Assembly: GCA_043228905.1 (NCBI GenBank)
Contig: JBHGNT010000008.1
Coordinates: forward strand, 1,364,001-1,428,000
Length of the DNA stretch: 64,000 bases
Reading direction: 5' to 3'
DNA from: Azolla caroliniana
Lineage: Eukaryota; Plantae; Polypodiophyta
Positions 11,713 to 24,220 of the stretch are shown in pieces (position 1 is the stretch's first letter; the number at the start of each line of letters is the position of its first letter). A program made the translations under genes and the position numbers. The notes beneath the pieces were generated by a model that saw only the letters and a program-made list of their open reading frames with translations, was not told the origin of the DNA and ran no database searches.

Positions 11713-14700
11713 ATTAAGATATATAATATTCGATTTAAATTCACAATAAAGGTCTATCATGTTCATAGAAAGTATGATTGATATTTAGAGTTTAGCACAA
11801 ATCGCTTGCTAGTTTTTGTCTTGGTCTACTTATGTATATTTTAATATGCAACCTTAATCTAGGAAACCAACTAACTTATATTTTCGCACGTCCTTTTTGT
11901 TTCAGAACTTGTTGGACTGACCTGTGAAGAAAATAAAGCTCTGAATTCAGGGCTCTCCAATTGAGACCCAGAAACAAATAGTTCCTCAGAACATGAAGAG
12001 AGGAAAAAAGCTTCTCTTCAATGAGAAGACAAAATCTCAACCATCCGATGATGTTAGCCAAAAGAAAATGTTAGTTGCTACTGGTGGTGAGGATCTTCAT
12101 GACCGTGATCTAACGGACAAGGAATGGTGTATGTAGTACGTTGACTCCAAGAAAAAAGTCATGTTGTATATGGCAAAGAAGAAGGGTGACGATCAGCTTG
12201 AAAATGACACCGCATTTATGTATGGCCGTATTCTACGATTTGACTACGAAGATTTAGATTCAGCCAACACTCTTGTAAATTGTAATGATAGAGTGCTCGA
12301 AGGGGGTACGTAAAGTGTACCTTTCTGAAGATCGACTAGTAAAGGAATCTTGTGGGCCAGAATCTTTTAAAAAAGATCTACAAAGCTCACAAAACCTTAT
12401 TATCACCTTGAGGCCTTATATACAAGGCCATGTAACTCTAAGGGAGCCCTTTCCCTCCCTAGTGAAGGCCCCGAAAAGGGCATCTAAAGTGCAATCAAGA
12501 CCAGCAAAAAAGAAGACCACTAAAATGTCAAACTCCAACTCATCAAGCTCAACCGAAGAGGAGGACACTAGGGGGATGCCAGGTGCTGAGTTGGCTTTTG
12601 GTGTGTTGTCATCCAAGCAAAATAAGATACGGAGAGAGTTAATGCAGTGTAAACTAGTGAGAAAAGGGCAAGTGTTTAATTTGCCTATAACACACATCCA
12701 TCGGCCCCCAGTAGATGTAAAAACAGGACAAAAACCACTTGAGATCAGAGAGCCACACCGAATGCATGTTCAGAATCTCAAGAAAAAAATGAAAATAAAT
12801 CTGCATGCTACAGTTATGCCTTTCATTGTGATGGTAGATCTCGAAGAATGTTCCACAACTGAGGACTTCGACGTGAGAAAGCATGATCAATAAAATTACT
12901 TTGTAATTGGTGCATCACATTCGGCTGAAGCACGCCGGCAACTTGTTAGAGAGCACCCAACGACTTTCTTCTTCAAGTATGCCGAGTGCAAAATATACGT
13001 GGGCCTCACAACTGAAGAGGCAAAGCTTTTGGCATGGGACCACAACAACGACAATGACTATAGGGAAAAAATGTCATCTATTGAATGGATAAGGTTCTTC
13101 CACCATGAATACCTGGACGTCAAACAAAAGTTTGGTGTGAAGCTACACCCTGGCCTACGACGTCAATGCCTTCATGAGGTCGACATTGTGGTGGATGATA
13201 ATGTTAAGTCAGATGGTCTTCAGAAATATGAGTCCTGGTTTCAACTTGCCTTTAGAGATGGAGAAGTATGGGACCTACAAGATCAAATCTTCTCAATGTG
13301 GGAGAATAAGGAGGTCAAGGGTCAACGACAAAAGAAATGTAACGTTGACCCTCAACTAGAATGAAAGTCACAAGTGGCCAAGAAAATTGATTTGACAATT
13401 GAAGAAGTGGTTGACGACATGAAGCTGTCTCTGTGGAGAGCGATGCAAGGTATTAAGGACGAGCAACTTCTTGTGTCTGTTTTGTCAAGGGTTGTGGCAA
13501 AAGATTTAAGCCTTGAAGAAATGGTCACTGAGTTCAATAAGTAAGTCTTTCAAATAGTGATATTGAATTCAATATGGTGCAATTGAAAGTTCTAATCTCA
13601 TTTTCTAATTTCACAGTCATAAGGTGTGCATGAAGATCCAAGAAGTTATGATGAAACAACTTGGATGTATAACTTGGGAACAAGTGACCGAGGAAAATCC
13701 TCTAACGTCTTCATATAAGGCGGTATCCGAGTATTTTATTGCATTCAAGGATTGGGTTAGTATTGGTGTTTTTCATTAAGTTTTCCTCATATGTAGAGGT
13801 TGTGCAATAATACTTGATGTCTTATTGCTTCTATTAGAAACCATGTCGTGACAAGAAACAAGGAGAAGTTAAGGATATACATGATTTCCCGACATCCTTG
13901 CACATCTCGAGAGAGCCAAAAAAGAAAAGGATCGTCGTTTAGTCAAGGCGTACGAAATTGAGGAAGATGGCTCCTTCAAAAAGTTTAGCCATAAAAAGGA
14001 CATTACGAGAGATCTTTACTACAACATGATTTGCGGCGATGTCGTTGACATGATCCAAAAAGTGCCAAAGAAGGAATATACGCTAATGATTGTTGATATT
14101 CCATACGGATTTCAAATGGTAGGGTCATCATACGACGATGAACCTTTTAGGTTCAAACAGTTAGAGAAGATGGTCAAGGATTTTGCTAAGCTAACGACTG
14201 CATCCTTGTGGAGGATAATTGTCTTTCATAGTATGGACCAAGGGTACTCGGTAGCTCAAGCTTTGAGATCTCGTTGCCATGGCATCGAGAACCTTGCATG
14301 GTAAGGATTATTTATAAGTCTCATTCACTATATTGCCTTTCTTAAGATTGTTCAATCTATTCTTAACTCGATGCAATATTTGTTATAGGATAAAAACCAA
14401 TGTCAATAGAGGGCCAACCTTTTGGTTCATAAATGCCATTGAATATATTATGGTTGGCTACTTCGATGAAATAAAGAAACAAAGAATCAAGGAGCATTCT
14501 AATGAAGTCGGAGGTTCAAATCTGCTGGTATATCCAGCAGTGACACGGAAATTGCCACATGTCACCACGACGGAACGGGGACTTGTCAACCCATACCAAA
14601 AACCTCAACGACTTATGATGCGCTTGATCAAGATGTTTTCTATTGAAGGAGATTGGATATTAGACCTCTTTTCTAGCACAGGTATTCCACGAACTAGGTT

Positions 14701-15591
14701 AACGATCTTGAGATAACCAGTACTGATTCTTTTTTGTTTGAAAACTAATTCTTCTTGTTGCTTTCTTCACAGGGACAACGTCTGCATGTGCATTGAAGCT
14801 CTTCAGAAACACAATTGCATTGGAGAAGGACGAGGAGCAAGTTATATTTATAAACATGAGGATTAAGGGTTTGTGGGAGTGCCCAGACCAGGATGAGGAG
14901 TTCGGAGCAAAGAACCTCGCTGATACCGAAAGGTTTCAACCTGCTTCGCGAGAGCCTATTCGTCCGTTAGCTGGGGAACCAGGGGAGCTAATAGAGCTTA
15001 TAGAAGATATTTCGTTGGCTCGGCTAACATGGGAAGACAATGCACGTATAGCCGAAGAGACTTCTATAAGAGATGAAGAAGAAAATGACATTGACGATTT
15101 GATTGCTATGGAATAGACTCTTTTGTTCATGAAATGTATTGTTTGGAATTCACATTACTAATACAAAATTTGGGTTTTACTTGGTGTATTCCATTCTTTA
15201 TAATCTTCTATATGTTTCAATTTTATTTCTATATACTTGGTTTTTTGACTTATGACATTGGTTTCACCTCGTGCATTGTTGATTACCAATATGGAGAAAC
15301 ATGAATTAGTTTAAATTAAGGTTGATTTTGGTCAAACTTTACCTTAACATAACATGTCGTAGAATTGTTGCCATGACTGTCCATGTTGTTATTTGCGATC
15401 AATTGTTGAGATTGTCATTCCATGTCTAATATATACCAGTCCATATATTATGGATCTTTGTCTTCTATTGTTAAAACTATTATGTTTCTCTTCCATTGCT
15501 GCTTAGATTGTGTAGTGTGTTGATAACGGTTCCACTAGCGTTATCCGCATGTTTTTATACGCTTGTAGTTCCACTAGCATTATCATTCTGA

Positions 15592-15868
15592 GTTTGATCC
15601 TGTGTGAATCACCTAAGGAATAGATTAGATCAATTTTAAATACAAGTGTTGAAAGCCTTAATAGGTTTGCTATTTCCATCACATTATCCTAAAGTTCATT
15701 GTCTTACATTGTCCACAATTATATACATATGGTTTGATCCCATGCGAACAAACTGAGGAATAGATTAGATCAACTTTAAATACAAGTATTAAATACCTTA
15801 ATAAGTTTGTTATTCCAATCACATTATCCTAAAGTTCACTATCCTACATTGTCCACAATTATATACAT
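15592..15868. repeat. Tandem duplication, period 140 bp, in the transposon's right arm
   Basis: gtttgatcc..ggaatagattagatcaa..gtccacaattatatacat starts at 15592 and again at 15732. Confidence 0.85.
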
Positions 15869-18800
15869 GTGAGTATGGGTCAAAGTATAAATTATAATTC
15901 ATTTTATTAATATGGTTACAAGTACACCTCATATTTTTGTAAAACTTACCAAATTAATATAAGTCTTTAACTTAGTGTTTCCCATGTCGCACATTAGTGA
16001 GATATTGAGCCATTGTTGAACTTTATTATGCCTACATTAACTTATCAACACATCCAAACTTATTTGAATTTCTAATGATCTCCACTCATAGACCTATCAT
16101 ATATTTTTATATTTGCAAATTCTAATCAAGTTGTGGAACATGTGATACTAGTGCATCCAATTTTTGTAGAGAGGGTATATTTGGATATTTTCAAGAAGAT
16201 TCTACAAGTGGAATGTGCGATACTTCCACTTGTGAACGCAAACGTGTTCATTATTACAAGACATGTGTTCAAACTCACAACCATGGATATCTATTGTTCA
16301 ATATTTCATTGAGAACAAGGGTTTAACACATAGGAGGACAACGATTAAGGCTTCATGGTGGCAATTACTGAATGGATGTATTTCACTTAGGATTTTAGGC
16401 TCTTCATGGGTTCAACACTTGGTTACCTCATGACAAGAAGCACTCTTGTTATGTGTATGGAAACTACCATCTAGTACAGAGCATTGTAATTCTTTACAAA
16501 AAGAGTTACTTGTGTTTTCTCGGTTATTATGTTGGCCAAGAAAGGAGAGATTGCACTCTCAATTTAATCGTTTGTTTCATTTGGGGGTCAAAGAGGTGGG
16601 AGATATAGTTGAGGCTCCATCTCGATGAAATTTAGAGTTTGTTGAAGCGCGACAATTATTACGCATCCCACCTAATTATGGGTTTATCTAGAAACAACTA
16701 CAAAATATTGCATTGATCCAAGGTTTCTTACCTCTGCAAACAGGAGAACAATCGTGGATTGATTGGTCTTTACGAGGTCAAACATCGTTGTTACAAGTGT
16801 CTACTAATCTTTTGTATCATTGTTGTGTTGAGTCTCTTGAATGGCTATCATCTAAGGTTGAAGAAGATTGGAAAATACACAAATGTGATCATGGGTGGTG
16901 GCAGATCTTATAACGTCGTTGTCATTCTAAATTACCACTTGTCGCAAAGGTCTTCATTTGGAGAGTTTTGATTGGGGGATTGCATTAGGGATTAGCTCTA
17001 AAGCGTCGTGGACTAGCAACGGGTAATTGCTTGTTTTGCATTGTTCAAAGATAGTACTCATCAATTTATACAATGTTCGATTGCTTGTTAGATTTGGAGT
17101 TACATTTCTCAAATTTGGCAAGTTTTATCAAGGTGTTATTTGACACGTAGACAATGGGTGATTGCACAATTTACACAGCTTGACCCAAAATCAAGGATGG
17201 AGATCGTTTTCCTATTTCTGAGATATTGGGGATTGCATCATAATTGGAACATGCGCAACGCTTTTGTATTCGATGGTACACATGGAGTGAAAGAATATCT
17301 ACGAAAGTTGAAGGGAGTACTAATGTGGCAATTTTCATTATTGGAGCACGTGGAAATTATTTCCTCGGTGAAGTGATCATCTTGCCTATTGGCAATTCAA
17401 CATGTTCCACTACCCATGTAGTGTAGTTAGTGGGTGACCATACTCCATTGCCACACCCATTTTAAGTAGTGTTTTTCACACACATTTATTAATATAATTG
17501 TGTCACGTTTTCACCCAAAAAAAAAAAAAAAAATACAAAATGTGTTTAGAAACATTAACAACAAAATGCTAGCTTTAATGTTAGACATGACATGAAAGGT
17601 TGTTGGAAGGAAAGACCATGAATCTGTGTATGTACGATGGGGAGAGAGAGAGAGAGAGAGAGAATTAGTTATTATTATAATCCTCAAAGGTCAAATATGA
17701 CCTATGGAACCATGATCTATGCTTCTAAAGGTAAAATTATATTGATTATGAGTCTACAACTATAAATATGAAAACAAGGTTAGATCCAATTGCGGTACAT
17801 GGCATTGACCTGCGAAAATGTAAACTCGTAATTGGGATAAGGCATTCTTTACTAGTATTTAATTCTAATGAAGACTTCATCAGTAAGACTTTGATAAAGG
17901 GTGAGTTGCATTTTCCTCACCTTCTAATGGCTTCTTGTCCGTATAATAGATTGAATTCGTGCACATGCATTATTCTATTTTGACTTACATGAATGGAAAA
18001 AGAACATTGCATTTTAGTGGATCCACCCCTATTTTTTTAAATGATTTTTTTACATTGAATATCTTTCTACATTCAATTTTTTCATTATCTTCCTAAAATC
18101 TAAGCTACAAAACTCATAATATAGCTTGGATACATTATTTGAAGGAGCCATAGAGGCCAAGATATATTAGATGGTGTTGTCGAGATGAACTAAGTAAGTT
18201 GTCAAAAGTAAAATATCATAACACATTGATGATTAATTGAATAGACAATGGTTATTGTGACATTGGGGCCGCGTTTTAGCACATGTATGGTACATCTATG
18301 TCTTCCACATCCTAAGAACTTGGATACTTACTATCAATATTTTTTGAAGTCATTCACAAGCTAGTATACACCTAATGTAGCCTAAGAGGCACCGCCATAT
18401 TGACATTCTCGTACATTGATGTCTGCTCCACAACCAAACACATTTAGACAATATGTCATCCAACAAATCACTTTTTAACACATTAATGACATCAATCAAG
18501 CCCGCCATCGAACTTACTAAAGAGGAACCGACATGCTTGAAGTCTTCCATTGTTTTATATCTTCTCCACCATCGAGTATATACCACTTAGGTTGTTTAGA
18601 TGTTCCTTTATCGGTCAATCCTATTTGATACATTGTATGATTTAAACATAGCGTAAGAGGCGTTACCACAATGTGAGTTGTTGAAGTACCTCATTTTATG
18701 AATTATGTGCAATAATGACCTACCAATTGATTCTCCAATTTAGCACTAATTTGTTCTCAAGTCAATCATTTTTCGCTACATGGATGTTGCAACCCCTTTC

Positions 18801-19815
18801 TAAAGTTAATCGTAACAACTCATTTGGTTAATATAGCATCAAAGGGAGACATCTGTACACCTATATCACGGATAAAAATATAGATAAAGAGAAACATGAC
18901 AAACTGCTTTTTAATTTATTTATGTTAGAAATTTTGAATAAATTAAAACATTGTCTCACCCATAAGACTTGTTATAATCGAAAGTGATTACAATTTGAAA
19001 CCTAGGATGATGTATAAGGACATCATGAGCATAAGCAATCTAGAAACTCTCGTTCCTAGGCCAAACGTCATGATCACCTATTTAAATGTATTTCTCTCTT
19101 CATTTTTGTAGCATTTGTGAGTTGTTCCCAAGGAACGTTTCTTTAATAACCGACGAGCTTTGCACGAAACTACTACAAGACAACACCACGATGCCGTAGG
19201 ACCTCCAAATAGAAATATCATATGATTTCTATCCGATACACAATATTCCATCAAACTGATGAGTTAAGAAATGCCACCATTCATAGTGAAGTAATGTTGA
19301 CGGCATATTTTTCCCCGAACATGCATGTGTAGCCGAATTCGAAAGATCGAACTACTAGTTCGGTGGGAATTTGGCACATTTTAGTAGGCACATAGATTTT
19401 TCTTTTCATTGGGAATAAAATATACTCTTAAAACAACCTCAAAGTGAAAGGTGGCTTCCATTACATTTAGCAAGAAAATAAAAAAAACAAATAAATAACT
19501 AAATAAAAGCATAAAATGCTTTGTCTTGAGAAATTAGACCATTGAATCGATTAATAATCCAAATATCCAATAATAATTTGACAAATAAATAGATATAAAA
19601 AAAATATGAAACCCATGATTAATTTGTACCTAATAAGTCAAAATATTGTTTGTCATGATTATTATTATTTGTTTAATAATTTCAAGGTAAGATGTATACA
19701 TATGTATAAGAAGCCACTGCTTTTAAAGGCAAATTTGGGTGTCCCCCTAATTACTCCATTAAATTCCAGATTTGATGATTAGAGCTAATTAAAGAGGGAG
19801 AAGGAGAAGGAGAAA

Positions 19816-20541
19816 ATGAAGAGAGATAGAGCACCCATTGTGACTAGGGTGGTGGAGGTTCAAGCCCCTATCCTCATCCATGCACACCCCTCCAATTTCC
19901 AGCTAATTGTGCAGCAATTGACAGGCAATAGTAGCACTGATTCACCCTCTTCCATCCATTCATCCTCATCACCACCACCAGCTACCATTAATCCAAACTC
20001 TACACCAATCAATCCCACAGTTAACATCTATTCTAATTCTACTAATTCTACCATCCCATCATTCATGTCACTCCAATATAATTGTCATTATAACATTTGT
20101 GATGATAATGATCATGATGATGATCATCATCATCATCATCATGTTGGGTTGTGTAACCACAATTATACTCTTAGCCCCCAACATAATCATCAAGATCTTG
20201 TAGCTGATGATCATGTCTACTCTACCAATAACAATTCAAATTTTATACCTTATGATATTCATCACCAACTTCATGAGGATAATCTTGACCATACATTCTA
20301 TCATTGTGAATCTCATGATCACATGGATCCTCCTCTCATGGGTAATGTCCTACCTCAAGGTACTTCTGATTCTTCTTCTTCTTTGATGACTCATTTGTAT
20401 GCCATCCCTCGGGACAATGTTTCGACTAGTTGTTCCCCATGTATTTCTCCTCATTTTATCTCGGATCGTGACCTTCATTCCTACTTCACGGATCAACTTG
20501 ATCAAGACTTCGACCTGGCGAATCCCTTTAATGATCATTAA
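19816..20541 (+). CDS. VQ motif-containing protein
   Basis: Intronless 241-aa ORF containing HPSNFQLIVQQLTG (FxxxVQxLTG consensus) near the N-terminus, followed by a low-complexity Ser/His-rich tail. Confidence 0.85.
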   Translation: MKRDRAPIVTRVVEVQAPILIHAHPSNFQLIVQQLTGNSSTDSPSSIHSSSSPPPATINPNSTPINPTVNIYSNSTNSTIPSFMSLQYNCHYNICDDNDHDDDHHHHHHVGLCNHNYTLSPQHNHQDLVADDHVYSTNNNSNFIPYDIHHQLHEDNLDHTFYHCESHDHMDPPLMGNVLPQGTSDSSSSLMTHLYAIPRDNVSTSCSPCISPHFISDRDLHSYFTDQLDQDFDLANPFNDH

Positions 20542-22084
20542 CATTGAACAAGTGAAATATCGATTCAGATTGTGACTCCGACGTCGCATCTATATCTCTA
20601 GTACTTCTTCGACGATCAGGGTGCCACAATGCCATCACTTGGGGTAATTTCACATTTCCACTAGTACTTGGCCATGTAATTCTCCCACTCATGAAGCTAG
20701 CCCCTGCTGATTTTACAAATGGAGTTGGTTAAAACTTAAGACATTGTCCAAGCAATGGCCCCATTTAAGAAACAATATTGAACATCAAATAACCTCCTAT
20801 GGTGGATCACAAGTTATGTTGTTTCATAAAACCATGTCTCCATCAAGAGATGCGGACTCGTCCACTTTGTTATTAATTTGACAATCTTAATGTCTCTTTG
20901 TCAAACAATATTCAATTTATATTAGATTTTTCTCAACAGGTAAACATGGCTTGCATTAACCATTGTACACTTGAAATAATAATTATGGTCCTTATATGTC
21001 ATTGTATCAAGTGTAAGAGATTTTGGTTGAATCCATTACTTTGGAGCCTTGTGAGATTTAATCATTCTTTGAATGTCATGTTTCCAAATTGTTTCTACTT
21101 GCTAATACTTTGAACTAACATGTAAACCATGGCACATTCACAGGTATATGATGCAATTGTATGGAACCAAACAACAGAGATCAAAGTATCCATGGAAATT
21201 TGGGGGCTTTCTATGGATAACCTAAAATGACATGTATTAAAATTTAGCATCGCCATGACTACAAGCCTGAATGTGAATTCAAAGCAGGGATCCAGAGAAT
21301 AGATAACTTTAGCAAGCTAAACTGTAACAATGTACCTTTAAAAAGGATAAAACTTTGAGGGGAGGTAAACATTATGGGTGTGTCGCGGATTATTGTAATG
21401 CACGATAATGATTTTTCGAAACATTTACTAGTGAGATCACAATTGTTTTTCTGCCTCTATTTACAAGTCACCAAACTTGGAAGGTTGGATTTGTGTTGAA
21501 GTTCGATACGATTATTGTTACTAGAGCGTTTCGCCATGGATGATTAGATAGTCATAACTATTATATTTGAATGTCTGGACACAGACACACACACATGTCA
21601 GTTGAAGGGCAAGACACATTATACACATTGAGCACATACACCTATCATTCTGGAAAAATTACTGTGCCAAGTAACAACTCCAGGAATTGAGACATTTAAA
21701 TTACCTAGTTGTGTCACTAAGAAAATTGAACTTTGTTACTTAGAAAATTGCTACAAAGCAACAACTCAAAAAATTGAGGCTACCCAAATAGGCTTGCCCA
21801 TTCAAAAGACCTATATTACACAAAGGCTACAGGTTTTTGCAACCATAGGCTACCTCATAAGAATAGATATGAGCCATAGTTATTAGTGAGATTCTACTAG
21901 TCTGATGGTATGTTGTGCTTGGTTATGTGCATATCCATATTCAATAAGCCCCAATGTATCACCGTTCCAAACATTAGCATCTTTGCTTGTCCTCGACTAA
22001 TTGTGTTTTAAAGCACAAAACAAATCAATACTAACACATATATATGGTAGGATTACCCCTATACTATGCATCATTGTATTGTGC

Positions 22085-22279
22085 ACAAGTTTTAACACCT
22101 AGGATACGACAAGCTCTACCTACGCAACCCATCATTAGATCATAGCCACCGATTATACCTTACGACAATCCCCAATTATACCTTACAACAAGTGTTTAAC
22201 ACCTAGGATACGACAAGCTCTACCTACGCAACCCATCATTAGATCGTAGCCACCGATTATACCTTACGACAATCCCCAA
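22085..22279. repeat. Tandem duplication, period ~104 bp
   Basis: tttaacacctaggatacgacaagc..cttacgacaatccccaa starts at 22091 and again at 22195. Confidence 0.85.
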
Positions 22280-22316
22280 ACATTGGCATGTGCTCAACTT
22301 GGCATATTGTTGGTAT

Positions 22317-22484
22317 GCAATGGAAATTAACACACTAAGTGGACATTTAATGGTGTGTCAATGATGGAATGGCAATGGAAGTTAACACACTAAGTGGACA
22401 TTTAATGTGTGTCAATGATGGAATGGCAATGGAAGTTAACACACTAAGTGAACATTTAATGGTGTGGCAATGATCGAATGGCAA
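22317..22484. repeat. Minisatellite, 3 x ~55 bp
   Basis: gcaatggaa(a/g)ttaacacactaagtg..gaatg units start at 22317, 22372 and 22426. Confidence 0.88.
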
Positions 22485-24220
22485 CTCCGCGCATATCCAT
22501 TTGCATGCTATTGCATGCTAGATCCAACATGCTGGGTATACAAATCCTTCGATCTTAAAAAGGTAACCAATTGTAGCCATTTTAATATTTAATGGATGTT
22601 GCTTACTACATTCACAAGAGGTGGTGATTACATCCTTTTTAGTAAATACATTTGTAGCCCTATAATGCCACTTAATTGTTGTCAAGCTTGTGGATTTTGT
22701 TTACTAATCATCTTTTGCCCTAATCAAAAGTTGATTGAATGTATAAAGTGGACGAGAGATTCTATGACACCCTTGCATGTCATTATCAATGTTTGAAGAG
22801 TAGTTGAAGATTCACATGGGCCATACCACTTAGTATGTAACTCGAAGTGCACGTGTAATTTAATCCACGAGATTCTCTTACGATGAAAATCTCTTTACCA
22901 ACAATTATAACAATGGGACTTATCCCAACAAAAATATGAAATCTTCAAATCCATGAACAAAGAGGTCGATACAATGAAAAACACATAATGTGACAAATGA
23001 TCGACGAGGCCACAATTGGGAGGAACTTGTGCTACCTATTTATGAAAACGGCCCCCATTTATAAAGAAAGACAACTGGTCACATTCATACCAAATGGCAA
23101 ACGTATATCTACCTAACGCCACACTCAAAACAAAAGGCTATCGAGGATATCTCTCTTAACAGCACTTTGATTTTGATATTTCTAGCCACAAATCCACAAC
23201 AAGACAAACAAGTTAATAGAAACGCATGTCTACTTGAAATTTAAACATTAGGGGCATTGGGATTTGAAAAAAATCATTCAATAAAAAAATGGATGCATTT
23301 AAAACACACTAACCTTTTGTTTCTATCGTATAGTGTCCAAGGTATAAACTTTGTCATCTTCCAATGCCTATTTTGATATTATACTCGGTCACATGAAATC
23401 TTAGGAAATCAAACCAATGATGTCATGGTTCCCACAATGTCGAACAATCACCCAAAAGAAAAAATTGTTTGATTCTCTCTTTAGGTTGTGTGTCTCTCTA
23501 ACTTTCATGTTCTCCTTGTAGGTTAACAACCATTTAAGTTCGTTCATAGATATCTAATACAAATACGGACCCTACAGAAAGTTCCCAACCGTGGGAGCTT
23601 AGAGACCCCTTTGAGGAACATGAAGATTAGTTAGACTGGGAGACCTTCCCAGAAAAAACAACCAAGGAATTATCTGCCGTTTTGGCCTCTAACTCCATTC
23701 ATGGAAACGTTTCAATACTATTGGATAATTTTTAATAGACCTAATGCATGGATCCTATTTAGAGAAGGGAATTTCTTTGCCTTCAACAAGGCAAATGCAA
23801 ATGAGAGATGTACTAATCCATTATTTGAAGAGATTCTCAAATTACATAAATAATATATTCTTTTTCTCCTTCGTCAAAAACGGACTAGATGTGTGGATAC
23901 TTTGTAGGGAAAGCTCTGATATCCTTAATAGTTTTCTTGCAAATGTTCATTCACACTTTTTTTCCCAATGTATATGTGGGATAAAGGCAAGAGGCTATTG
24001 GGACTTGGAGGTCAAAACAATGTTGGGGAGGACTAGCAGAGGGGAGGCGGGGTAAAGTGATGCATGATAACAAGGATAGAACGTGGGTTATGATAGAGGA
24101 CCTAACAATATTAAGTAGAGATTAATTACTTTTGATACCTCACAAATAGTTATTTTAAGGCTCGTTTGATCTCATCACCTTCTAATATATTTTAGCATTG
24201 TACCCAAAGACCCAAAAACA

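Larger units (their letters stand above)
4723..15116 (+). pseudogene. ParB-like domain fused to beta-class N6-adenine/N4-cytosine DNA methyltransferase; spliced, disrupted in this copy
   Basis: Proposed exons: 4723-4854 (tentative), 11906-13540, 13617-13755, 13838-14300, 14389-14681 and 14773-15116, all GT-AG and phase-compatible. Motifs in order: ParB-like YFVIGASHSAEA..GLTTEEAKLLAWDHN..MSSIEW; then ICGDVVD, catalytic IVDIPYG, PYQKP and SAM-binding WILDLFSSTG|TTSACA..IALEKD. Stops at 11918, 11942, 12134, 12891 and 13362; frameshifts at ~12305 and ~13900. Confidence 0.85.
1960..16247. mobile_element. Two-gene TIR DNA transposon (Sola-like DDD transposase plus ParB-methyltransferase cargo)
   Basis: Left end ACACGTTCGCATTCACAAGTGGAAG (1960-1984) matches the reverse complement of the right end, ACACGTTTGCGTTCACAAGTGGAAG (16223-16247), at 23/25. 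Flanked by direct repeat TCATTA (1954-1959 and 16248-16253). Removing it restores the LINE frame. Confidence 0.9.
1357..17533 (+). mobile_element. 5'-truncated L1-like LINE (RT C-terminus, zf-RVT, poly-A), split into 1357-1959 and 16248-17533 by a DNA transposon
   Basis: RT motif QASADDSF..LASGLHINW at 1360-1644 and WVAWNHLAIPKRLGGVGILNL at ~1860-1926. The reading HRFSL|LQDMC rejoins in frame across the insertion. zf-RVT-like KVFIWRVL..C..C..H..C remnants at ~16950-17100. Poly-A at 17517-17533. Confidence 0.85.

Noticed and set aside
11906-15116. Bacterial contamination as the source of the ParB-methylase
   Set aside because: The gene has phase-consistent spliceosomal introns and lies inside TIRs nested with plant retroelements that have intact TSDs.
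22500-23500. Possible decayed hAT transposase on the - strand
   Set aside because: Only faint peptide resemblance, with no termini or TSD; cannot be supported without a profile search.
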